A stretch of DNA of 28,163 nt, from IMG/VR virus record IMGVR_UViG_3300017978_000121, positions 1 through 28,163 of that record. One strand, written 5' to 3'. Below are positions 17,469 through 24,600 of this stretch, in pieces; position 1 is the first letter of the stretch, and each line of letters begins with the position of its first letter. The DNA comes from a virus (lineage: Duplodnaviria > Caudoviricetes). Made by a program: the position numbers and the translations under genes. The notes under the pieces are model-generated. The model was not told where the DNA came from, did not search any database, and worked only from the letters and a program-made list of their open reading frames with translations.

Positions 17469-19814
17469 ATGAGTGAGGATCGCACGAAGTTCATAGAGTA
17501 TATAACGGGATTGGCGACGGACAATGTGGGCGAGACAGCCCTTGTTGTGCGTCAGAAGCCGCAGCACGATAGCGACGGCAACATGATATTCCACGCAGAC
17601 GGCGCACCGAAGGCGACCTTCCCTGCGTTCCTGCCAGAAAAGACCCGCATGAAAGAAGGCGAGGCATGGTATGTCAACACAGGCTCGTTCATCGTTGACC
17701 GCTTTGTAGACGGCAAGCCAGCCGCCAAGTCGAGCAACGTCGAGTATGTGCTGTTCATGATGCTGGACGACGTTGGCACGAAGTCGAAAGAGCCGCCGCT
17801 AGAGCCGACATGGGTATTGGAAACCAGCGAAGGTTCGTTCCAGTGGGGCTACGCGTTCAGCGAACAGCCAAAGAAGGGTGACTTCTGCGCGGCCATCAAG
17901 GCGATTGCCGATGCTGGCTACACTGATCCCGGCGCGACTAACGCCGTCCGCAACTGCCGCATCCCCGGCAGCGTCAACCTGAAGCAAGGACGCAACAACT
18001 TTCCTGCGCGGCTGGTATCGTTCGACCCTGAGCGTGAATACACGCTGGATGAGATATGCAAGGCGCTGGACGTTACGCCAGAGGAAGGCGACACAGCCGA
18101 ATATAAAGCCGTGCAGTTGCGCGACACTGGGCTTGACAACGTCTTGACATGGCTTGCCGAAAAGAACCTAGTCCTAAGCACGCCCAACAATGATGGATGG
18201 TGCGGCATCGTCTGCCCTAACCATCAGGAACACAGCGACGGCATGATAGAGGCGCGCTACAAGCCGCTCGACCGCTCGTTCTGCTGCTATCATGGGCATT
18301 GCCAAGACTTAGATAGTCGCACCTTTCTTGATTGGGTAGCCAATGAAGGCGGCCCGAAGGTAACGCCGGGCTTGCGTGACGAACTAATCGCTGAACGTCT
18401 GGCGTCGATGTATGAGAAAATCTCACCGACCGAAGCGTTCCCTGATGAAGCCGCAGCGCGTGTGCGTGAAGTCGAAAAGAAAGAAGCAGGACGGCTGGAA
18501 CAAAGCGAGTGGTTCGAGCGTTTCGCCTATATACAGTCCGATGACTGCTATTTTGACATGGTGACGCGTCAAGAGATAGCGCGTAACGTCTTCAACGCCT
18601 TGTTCCGTCACGTTGACTGCCGCTCTATCCACAAGAAAACGCAGCGCGTGCAGTCGTCCATCTATTTTGACGAGCGCCGTCAGGATCGCGGTGCGCCTGC
18701 ACTGGCTGCCGTGACGTTCGCCGCTGGCGATGATACTTTGGTGACGCGCGACGGGCTGGTCTACGGCAACCGCTGGGTGGACGGACGCCCTGACGTGTCG
18801 GACAGCGACAAGATCGCAGACCATGACGTTGAGCCGTGGCTTCAGCATTGCCGCGATCTGGTAGCGGACGATGAGGAGTTAGACCACATCTTTGACGCTA
18901 TGGCGTTTAAGATACAGCATCCTAACGTCAAGATTAACCATGCCATCCTGATTGGCGGCGATGAAGGCGTCGGTAAGGACAGTATGTTCCAGCCGTTCCT
19001 GTGGGCGCTGGGCGGTCAGCACTGGCGCAATCGGTCAGTCATTGAGGCTGGCGGCTTGGACAGCCAGTGGGGTTATGCGCTTGAGGCTGAAGTTGTCATC
19101 CTGAACGAGTTAAAGGAACCAGAGGCGCGCGAACGTCGCGCTATGGCTAACAAACTAAAGCCGCTGATTGCTGCGCCGCCTGAAACGCTGACAGTCAACC
19201 GCAAGGGTATGCATCCCTATGAGTTGGTCAACCGCCTGATGGTGATTGCATACACGAACGATCCGCTGCCTATCACGCTGCCGACACAGGACAGGCGTTG
19301 GTTCTGCGTGTGGACGCACGCGCAGCGTATGGCGCCAGCCGCAGCAGACAAGCTGTGGAACTGGTATAAGAACGGCGGATACGAGAAGTGCGCCGCATGG
19401 CTGTGGCAGCGTGACGTATCGCGGTTCAACCCTGCCGCTGCGCCGCCTGTCACCGAATGGAAGCTGAACATGGTCGAGCATGGCATGAGCGTAGCGGAAA
19501 GCTATCTTGTGGATATGATGCGCGAGAAGGCGGGCGTGTTTGCCAATGGCGTCATCGGTGGGCCTTTCCACCGCGTCTGTGACGCGCTGGCGGTCAACGT
19601 GCCGGCTGGCGTGAAGATACCACAGGCGGCGCTGCTACACGCGCTCAAAGAGGCTGGCTGGATTGATATGGGCCGGATTGGTTCAACTGACTACCCGACT
19701 AAGAAACACATCTTTGTCTCGCCTGACGTGAAGAAACGGAACAAGTCCGACTTGCGCCGCTTGGCGGAAGACTTGCCCAAGTCGAGCATCATGCCAAACA
19801 TAGGCAAGAATTGA
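17469..19814 (+). CDS. Primase-helicase fusion (RepB-like primase, Zn finger, SF3/DUF5906-like helicase)
   Basis: LDDVG, ETSEGSFQWGY, RIPGSVN; CPNHQEH...CYHGHC; Walker A GDEGVGKD; VILNE; YTN...DRRW. Confidence 0.88.
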   Translation: MSEDRTKFIEYITGLATDNVGETALVVRQKPQHDSDGNMIFHADGAPKATFPAFLPEKTRMKEGEAWYVNTGSFIVDRFVDGKPAAKSSNVEYVLFMMLDDVGTKSKEPPLEPTWVLETSEGSFQWGYAFSEQPKKGDFCAAIKAIADAGYTDPGATNAVRNCRIPGSVNLKQGRNNFPARLVSFDPEREYTLDEICKALDVTPEEGDTAEYKAVQLRDTGLDNVLTWLAEKNLVLSTPNNDGWCGIVCPNHQEHSDGMIEARYKPLDRSFCCYHGHCQDLDSRTFLDWVANEGGPKVTPGLRDELIAERLASMYEKISPTEAFPDEAAARVREVEKKEAGRLEQSEWFERFAYIQSDDCYFDMVTRQEIARNVFNALFRHVDCRSIHKKTQRVQSSIYFDERRQDRGAPALAAVTFAAGDDTLVTRDGLVYGNRWVDGRPDVSDSDKIADHDVEPWLQHCRDLVADDEELDHIFDAMAFKIQHPNVKINHAILIGGDEGVGKDSMFQPFLWALGGQHWRNRSVIEAGGLDSQWGYALEAEVVILNELKEPEARERRAMANKLKPLIAAPPETLTVNRKGMHPYELVNRLMVIAYTNDPLPITLPTQDRRWFCVWTHAQRMAPAAADKLWNWYKNGGYEKCAAWLWQRDVSRFNPAAAPPVTEWKLNMVEHGMSVAESYLVDMMREKAGVFANGVIGGPFHRVCDALAVNVPAGVKIPQAALLHALKEAGWIDMGRIGSTDYPTKKHIFVSPDVKKRNKSDLRRLAEDLPKSSIMPNIGKN

Positions 19815-19840
19815 CATGGGATAACGTGCAATGATATAGG
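19811..19840 (+). promoter_or_regulatory. Sigma70-like promoter with no downstream ORF
   Basis: Perfect TTGACA overlapping the primase stop codon, N18, then TG-A-TATAGG (extended -10). Confidence 0.65.
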
Positions 19841-19844
19841 TTCA

Positions 19845-19911
19845 AGGTCGGTGTTGCTCCGCTGGCCTGATTAAACCCCCGGCGTCCTCACTCCGCCGGG
19901 GGTTTTTATTT
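19845..19911 (+). ncRNA. Putative two-hairpin antisense small RNA
   Basis: Hairpin 1 AGGTCGGTG-TTGCTC-CGCTGGCCT. Hairpin 2 AAACCCCCGGCG-TCCTCACTC-CGCCGGGGGTTT. Both loops are complementary to phage RBS regions. Confidence 0.65.
19873..19911. terminator. Bidirectional intrinsic terminator between convergent operons
   Basis: 12-bp stem with TTTTTATTT on + and TTTAAT on -. Confidence 0.85.
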
Positions 19912-20085
19912 GTCTGCTGTTGCAGACCTTTTCTTCAGTTTCCTATAGCGGCCTTCAACAGAGGCAATCGTCAGCCCCATTCGCTCGGCCATGTAGGCTG
20001 GCCTTAAGCCGTGCTCGTAATAACTTATCAATTCTGCATCCATTTCAGGTGTCCAAATGCGCCTAGTCCGTTTTACTATTGGCAT
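19906..20085 (-). CDS. GcrA-N/Myb-like HTH protein, 59 aa (not in ORF track)
   Basis: MPIVKRTRRIWTPEMDAELISYYEHGLRPAYMAERMGLTIASVEGRYRKLKKRSATADK*. AGGAG RBS. Confidence 0.7.
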   Translation of the reverse strand: MPIVKRTRRIWTPEMDAELISYYEHGLRPAYMAERMGLTIASVEGRYRKLKKRSATADK

Positions 20086-20246
20086 TTGCTTTGCTCCTGT
20101 AGTGCTGCGATGGCGGCGTCTGCCAATTTAAAGCAGCCATCCCTCTCTCTGGGTGAAACATACATTTGGTTGTCAATGTCCTCATTATACTGCGCATGGC
20201 ATATCTTGTTAGCTATCGCCTCACGCTCATTCTCAACGTCCTGCAT
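20076..20246 (-). CDS. Hypothetical protein
   Basis: GGAGG RBS before ATG 20246. Ends LADAAIAALQEQ. Confidence 0.6.
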   Translation of the reverse strand: MQDVENEREAIANKICHAQYNEDIDNQMYVSPRERDGCFKLADAAIAALQEQSKCQ

Positions 20247-20418
20247 TGCTTGCCTCCTGTGCGAGTAGGGCTTCAAGTTCGTCTTGAGCCAGCTTCATGG
20301 CGTAATCAAACGAGCTTCCTGTGCCTTCGGCGTATGCGAGTGCAAACTGTAGTGTAATCCGCAGTCGCTCACGCAGCCGCTCGTTCTCCTCCTCCAGCTT
20401 TTTGATTAGGTCAGTCAT
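20233..20418 (-). CDS. Hypothetical coiled-coil protein
   Basis: MTDLIKKLEEENERLRERL; tight operon packing. Confidence 0.65.
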   Translation of the reverse strand: MTDLIKKLEEENERLRERLRITLQFALAYAEGTGSSFDYAMKLAQDELEALLAQEASNAGR

Positions 20419-20430
20419 CGTTCTTTTCCC

Positions 20431-20610
20431 TTATTCGTCCTTTAATGCGGCTTCTGCATCCTCGATCAATTCAATGGGCGGGTAGCGCAGATAGTTTACA
20501 TGGTCGGCGGTTATCACGCCAAGAAACTCCAGATACTCCATCAAGCGGTAGGCCAAGGTAGCCTCGGCTCGTTCAGTGTAGCGTTCGGGCAGTGCGTCAT
20601 CTTCGGTCAT
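20431..20610 (-). CDS. Hypothetical protein
   Basis: ATGA overlap with the upstream gene at 20607-20610. Confidence 0.6.
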   Translation of the reverse strand: MTEDDALPERYTERAEATLAYRLMEYLEFLGVITADHVNYLRYPPIELIEDAEAALKDE

Positions 20611-20873
20611 GCTGCTTTCCAATCTTTAGGATAGGGGACTGTCCGATAGCTGGTCATGTGCAGCCGGCCATCTTCGCCCCAATGTTCAGTTATGGTGGTT
20701 CCGTCATCGTTCAGGATAACCGCAAGGTCGCCATGAATACGCAACGGCTGGCCTGTCTTGGGGTCAATGCGGTAGCGTATGTCAGCGGGGTCTATGAACC
20801 CGCCAACAGGCCAAGGCTCGTCCCGCCGCACAGGCCGTGCGGCGTGTATGAGGACTGGTATTTTGTCAGTCAT
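20607..20873 (-). CDS. Hypothetical protein
   Basis: 88 aa, ATGA-coupled on both sides. Confidence 0.65.
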   Translation of the reverse strand: MTDKIPVLIHAARPVRRDEPWPVGGFIDPADIRYRIDPKTGQPLRIHGDLAVILNDDGTTITEHWGEDGRLHMTSYRTVPYPKDWKAA

Positions 20874-21106
20874 TTGCGCTCAACCTTGCGATAGGTAGTG
20901 GTAACACCTCGGTTCAGGTCTATTTTGCTATCCCCGCCGAATATGTAACACCCAGTTACTTCGCCCACCCATTCAACAGTGCAGCTTGTGTCGTTACCAA
21001 GTATTATCCCGCGCTGCCCCTCCATAAAAGCCAGCGTTGCGCTGTGCGCGTCTATTTTCAACGCAGACTTGGCTAAATACCGCGCTAACTTGCGTTTCCA
21101 TTGCAT
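20870..21106 (-). CDS. Hypothetical protein
   Basis: ATG 21106 lies just after the upstream stop. Lower GC than flanks by eye. Confidence 0.55.
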   Translation of the reverse strand: MQWKRKLARYLAKSALKIDAHSATLAFMEGQRGIILGNDTSCTVEWVGEVTGCYIFGGDSKIDLNRGVTTTYRKVERK

Positions 21107-21108
21107 AA

Positions 21109-21294
21109 CTAAACTAGCCTTGTGATGAAGGTGACGCCGTTCACAGTGCGGCATTTAAAAGTCTTGCCGTTGCGGATGCCGTATTGCGAGACGTTGCGGC
21201 TGGTGCGCTTGGCATCGCCGCGCTTAGTGGCTGGCATGGTGACAACCTCGCCTACGGATATGTCGCCCATCGGGTAAATCATTGGTCTTGGCAT
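21109..21294 (-). CDS. Small basic putative DNA-binding protein
   Basis: MPRPMIYPMGDISVGE...GKTFKCRTVNGVTFITRL. TAATG coupling. Confidence 0.6.
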   Translation of the reverse strand: MPRPMIYPMGDISVGEVVTMPATKRGDAKRTSRNVSQYGIRNGKTFKCRTVNGVTFITRLV

Positions 21295-21500
21295 TACATC
21301 AACCCCCGCGCTACGCACGCTTGGCGCAGATGCTCAGGACGCACGCCCCATAGCTTGAAGACGTTGGCATAGTCGCGGCTAACGTCTGACAAATGCGCCT
21401 CTTGCGCCTTTAACGCTGCCTTTAGCTTGTCAAACTCTTGTAAGGCGTTTGCTGCGCGTAGCAGGACTAGTGCCTGTTCGTCGGTGTATGTGTTTATCAT
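21294..21500 (-). CDS. Hypothetical protein
   Basis: AAGGA RBS, 68 aa. Confidence 0.65.
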   Translation of the reverse strand: MINTYTDEQALVLLRAANALQEFDKLKAALKAQEAHLSDVSRDYANVFKLWGVRPEHLRQACVARGLM

Positions 21501-21509
21501 GGTAATCCT

Positions 21510-21845
21510 TTACAGTTCGATTGTTGTTTCTGGTTTGGCGCGTTTGTCATTCAGTCGTGCCAGCCAGTATGCTTGTTCAGGGCCGAACGTCCGCGCTGCA
21601 TGGTATTTGAACAACGCTAGGGCTAGGTCGTCATATCCTTTGCGCTTGTGCGTGACGATTAGCGGTGAAGGCGTCATGGCTTCAATGTTAGGGCGTAGGC
21701 CGCGCTCGCGCTTTGCACAGGCGTCTTCTATATCGCGCAGCGTCAGGTTTAGGTTCCGCTCCCTGTTGATGTATTGCATCACTGCCGTTTTGTCGGTGAT
21801 GTAGCTGCTCAGGTGGCGTATCTTGGCGCGTAGGTTCCTATCCAT
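21510..21845 (-). CDS. Hypothetical protein
   Basis: ATG 21845 in TGATG overlap; MDRNLRAKIRHL... Confidence 0.65.
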   Translation of the reverse strand: MDRNLRAKIRHLSSYITDKTAVMQYINRERNLNLTLRDIEDACAKRERGLRPNIEAMTPSPLIVTHKRKGYDDLALALFKYHAARTFGPEQAYWLARLNDKRAKPETTIEL

Positions 21846-22045
21846 CAGCGCTTGTCCTTTTTGCGATATTTGCCTGTTAATGGGTCGCGCAGGATGCCGT
21901 TGCGTTTCCAGTAAAGCAGTTCGGCACTGTCGCGTGTCCATGCGGCTTGCCATGCATCGCCGCGCTTGACTGCTTCCCATAGCAGAAAGGCGGTGAACAG
22001 TTGCGCGGCTAACATTAGCGCAATGATGATTTGATATTGTGTCAT
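21845..22045 (-). CDS. Small membrane-anchored protein
   Basis: GAGGA RBS. N-terminal TM IIIALMLAAQLFTAFLLW, basic tail RDPLTGKYRK. Confidence 0.65.
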   Translation of the reverse strand: MTQYQIIIALMLAAQLFTAFLLWEAVKRGDAWQAAWTRDSAELLYWKRNGILRDPLTGKYRKKDKR

Positions 22046-22048
22046 AGG

Positions 22049-22108
22049 TCAGTCCTCTAATAATAAGGTCAATAGGAATAGGGCGGCTCCAGCCAATAGG
22101 GCTGTCAT
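22049..22108 (-). CDS. Putative 19-aa hydrophobic micropeptide
   Basis: MTALLAGAALFLLTLLLED*. ATGA overlap with the upstream gene, GAGG RBS, fills the gap exactly. Confidence 0.5.
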   Translation of the reverse strand: MTALLAGAALFLLTLLLED

Positions 22109-22335
22109 TTGGCCTCTAGTTGCGCTTGCAACATGGCAGCTTCGGCTTTCCATAGGTCGCAGCGAGCGTTCAACTCGACAACCTCATTTTTTAAGGCCTC
22201 TAGTTGCTCTTGTGCGACCTGCAATTCGTCAAGGCGGTCTGCCAGCACAATTGCCAGTTCGTCCATGCTGTCGCGGCCTTCATTGATTAGGCTGTCATTA
22301 TCCAACATTCGGTAATAGTTGCGGTCGTTTTTCAT
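22105..22335 (-). CDS. Hypothetical coiled-coil protein
   Basis: AAGGA RBS, heptad-rich C-terminal half. Confidence 0.7.
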   Translation of the reverse strand: MKNDRNYYRMLDNDSLINEGRDSMDELAIVLADRLDELQVAQEQLEALKNEVVELNARCDLWKAEAAMLQAQLEAK

Positions 22336-22427
22336 TGGTCATTTCCTTTCAATGTGTGAATGATTGACCATATCGCCAGTGCGCCAGCGCCAGCGAATAG
22401 GGTTAGGGCGGCAATATGGGCGATCAT
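22332..22427 (-). CDS. Putative 31-aa single-TM peptide
   Basis: MIAHIAALTLFAGAGALAIWSIIHTLKGNDQ*. ATGA overlaps at both ends, GGGAG RBS. Confidence 0.6.
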   Translation of the reverse strand: MIAHIAALTLFAGAGALAIWSIIHTLKGNDQ

Positions 22428-22582
22428 TCGAAACGCTCCCATCCTTTGTTGTCGCTAAACCAATAGGTCTGGCCAACTTCCAGATCGCGCAGCGGCTCAA
22501 TAATTTGATCGTCTGTCCGCTTGATCTGTCCGACAAAATAATTCTCGCTGTTAGCGTCTATTAGATAGAATTTCTTTTCCAT
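22424..22582 (-). CDS. Hypothetical 52-aa protein (not in ORF track)
   Basis: MEKKFYLIDANSENYFVGQIKRTDDQIIEPLRDLEVGQTYWFSDNKGWERFE*. Starts 1 nt after the upstream stop. Confidence 0.65.
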   Translation of the reverse strand: MEKKFYLIDANSENYFVGQIKRTDDQIIEPLRDLEVGQTYWFSDNKGWERFE

Positions 22583-22583
22583 G

Positions 22584-22835
22584 TTACGCGCATTCCACGT
22601 TTACGAAATAGTAACCGCCATCGCCCTTGGCGTTACCGCCTTGGGCGTAGGTGCCAGTCCAACCCATTTTAGCGATTAGAGCGTCCGCAGCGGCCTTGTG
22701 GGCGTCCTGTGCGTCCAGCGCATAGGGATAGCCGATGGTGACGCTGCCAGCCCATGCGGTCGCTTTGATACGTCCGCCCTTGGTGTTGGTTGGGCCAAGG
22801 TAACGTGTTTCGATTGCTTGTGTAATGAATGTCAT
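22584..22835 (-). CDS. Conserved-type phage early hypothetical protein
   Basis: QAIETRYLGPTNTKGGRIKA motif. AGGAG RBS. Confidence 0.75.
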   Translation of the reverse strand: MTFITQAIETRYLGPTNTKGGRIKATAWAGSVTIGYPYALDAQDAHKAAADALIAKMGWTGTYAQGGNAKGDGGYYFVNVECA

Positions 22836-22874
22836 AGTTTCTCACTCCTATAATTGGCACTAGCGCCATCCTCG

Positions 22875-22892
22875 CGGCGGATTGCTCCGCCG
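22875..22892 (-). promoter_or_regulatory. GNRA-capped leader hairpin carrying an sRNA seed match
   Basis: Minus strand CGGCGGA-GCAA-TCCGCCG, which contains GCGGAGCAA. Confidence 0.5.
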
Positions 22893-22902
22893 TCCGGTGG
22901 TG

Positions 22903-23589
22903 TTAGTTTTTCAAGAATGTGTCTGTCAGCGTCGTAGCTACATACTCTTCGGCATATGTCCGCATAGGCATAAGGACGGCAAGGCAATCACTACGCGGTG
23001 CACGCGTGTCGTTTCGGTTCTCCATAGGGCGCGGGAAGGTCACAAGCGCCGGTTGGTCGCCGTTCTGGTGCAAGCGAAACTGGCAAGCTGCATCCTTCTT
23101 ACCGTCGCGCAATGCTTGTGCGATTTTACCAAGCGCAGCGATATATTGAGGCTGATAGTGGCCAGCCACAAGCGTGTCAGGCGCAGTCGGGATAATGCGC
23201 GTCCATTCGGGGAATGCACCGTCAACCGGTGCAAAGTGAATGCGTGCATTACCGTATAATATCCACCACAAGCCTTGCGCGTCGCGTTCGACGACATAGT
23301 AAAGACCTTTCGACCGTCCTGCAGCCTTGCCAGCTTGCGCGATAGCGTCAGACGGCACGATAACACCTGCAAGGTTCTGCGCGTGAACGTCGTAAGCTGG
23401 CCGAACGTCCTGCAGCTTGAATGCGTCGTTGCAACGTCCAGCGAATGCCATGTGACCGTTGGTTGCCACGACGAACCCACGAGCGTCCAGAAAAACACCT
23501 TTAAGGTAGTGGCGCGTCTCTTCTTTTGATACGCATTGCATAGCCGCGTCAACAAAACCGGCGTCGATTGAGATAGAGATAAGTGTCAT
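22903..23589 (-). CDS. DNA polymerase III beta-clamp-like protein (two-domain)
   Basis: SKEETRHYLKGVFL, VATNGH, DGAFPEWTRIIP and VLMPMR parallel DnaN domains 2-3. Confidence 0.8.
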   Translation of the reverse strand: MTLISISIDAGFVDAAMQCVSKEETRHYLKGVFLDARGFVVATNGHMAFAGRCNDAFKLQDVRPAYDVHAQNLAGVIVPSDAIAQAGKAAGRSKGLYYVVERDAQGLWWILYGNARIHFAPVDGAFPEWTRIIPTAPDTLVAGHYQPQYIAALGKIAQALRDGKKDAACQFRLHQNGDQPALVTFPRPMENRNDTRAPRSDCLAVLMPMRTYAEEYVATTLTDTFLKN

Positions 23590-23614
23590 AGTGAATTGTC
23601 CTTTACTTTACTGT

Positions 23615-23648
23615 GATTGTCACCGGGTGACGGGATTGTCACCCGGTG
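23615..23648. repeat. Overlapping direct and inverted repeat
   Basis: GATTGTCACC(G/C)GGTG at 23615 and 23634. Perfect 11-bp stem 23621-23631/23638-23648. Confidence 0.8.
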
Positions 23649-23654
23649 GAGTGA

Positions 23655-23837
23655 TTAGAGCTTGCGCGCTTGCATCGCAGCGTTAACTTGTGCCCACGCT
23701 GCTAAGTCACGTGGCGAAGCGTCAGCGTCGCTATCGCGGCCATATAAATACCAATAGCCTTTCAGCGCGTCGTTAGAGATCCGCTCGAACTTGTCAGCGT
23801 AAAATTGCGACCATTTGTTGAAGGTGTCGTTGTCCAT
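23655..23837 (-). CDS. Hypothetical early protein
   Basis: AGGAG RBS, 60 aa. Confidence 0.7.
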   Translation of the reverse strand: MDNDTFNKWSQFYADKFERISNDALKGYWYLYGRDSDADASPRDLAAWAQVNAAMQARKL

Positions 23838-23855
23838 TTTAGTATACTCCTATTG

Positions 23856-24071
23856 TTAAAGGTGGATAATGCCAGTGTCGGCCATAAGCGTTGCGTAGTG
23901 AATAGGGCGCTCGTATCGACCGGTGGTGCCGTCGCGGTAAACTGAAATCCACCGGCCAGCGTATGCTAAGCCGACCGTCGCGCCATAAGGCACGCTAGCG
24001 TGAATAGGCCAGTGATTGATAAGACCTTCAGCGTCCAGCGCGTCGTTCAGCGTTTCAAAATAGTTTTGCAT
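23856..24071 (-). CDS. Hypothetical early protein (first of leftward operon)
   Basis: GGAG RBS, 71 aa. Confidence 0.7.
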   Translation of the reverse strand: MQNYFETLNDALDAEGLINHWPIHASVPYGATVGLAYAGRWISVYRDGTTGRYERPIHYATLMADTGIIHL

Positions 24072-24104
24072 TTCGTTTACTCCATTGCGTTGTTGATGCC
24101 CTCT

Positions 24105-24131
24105 TATCTACCCTCTTTCGCATAGTGTCAA
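24105..24131 (-). promoter_or_regulatory. Leftward early promoter
   Basis: Minus strand TTGACAC-N12-GGTAGATA, resembling the Caulobacter-type TTGAC...GCTANAWC consensus. AT-rich upstream. Confidence 0.55.
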
Positions 24132-24169
24132 CAACAAAATGTGTTGCACTAAAAAAAGTTTTAAAGGTA

Positions 24170-24600
24170 ATTTCTAGGCAATTTGGCGTGAAAAAACCGC
24201 CCAACTAATAGCCCAGAAAGTTGCCTAGTTTTTGCGCGGGTGAAATGTTGGGTAATTGTTAGGCAATCGACATGGGCGAAATAGTCATTTGTTGGGTCAT
24301 GAAAATGGCCTAAATTGCCTAGCGAAAAGTGACGGATTTCTGCGTGTCTGCGAGGAAACTAGGCGTTCTGGGTAATGGATTGTATAGTCAGTAACAAAAA
24401 AGTATATAATTAACCTATATGGTTAGAATGTATGTATTCTAGCCACGACTGCCAAATCCATTGCCTAGAACGCCCATGTAGTCGACTAATACAGTTTGAG
24501 GGTTGCAGTTTGTTCTCCTGCTTGACGTTAACGTAAAGCAGTCATGACCACGCAATCATGACACGCAATCGCATGACCCAGAACGCCCATGTTGCAGTGC
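24170..24600. repeat. Iteron-like repeats and long inverted repeat (candidate origin or terminus/packaging region)
   Basis: TAGGCAA/TTGCCTA x5, 20-nt inverted repeat 24362-24381/24455-24474, AGAACGCCCATGT x2 and CATGAC(C)ACGCAAT x2. Confidence 0.7.

Noticed and set aside
24405-24430. CtrA box in the AT-rich core
   Set aside because: TTAA is not followed by a second TTAA at 7-nt spacing.
24543-24592. Short tandem repeats as a mini-CRISPR
   Set aside because: Units are about 14 nt, adjacent and have no spacers.
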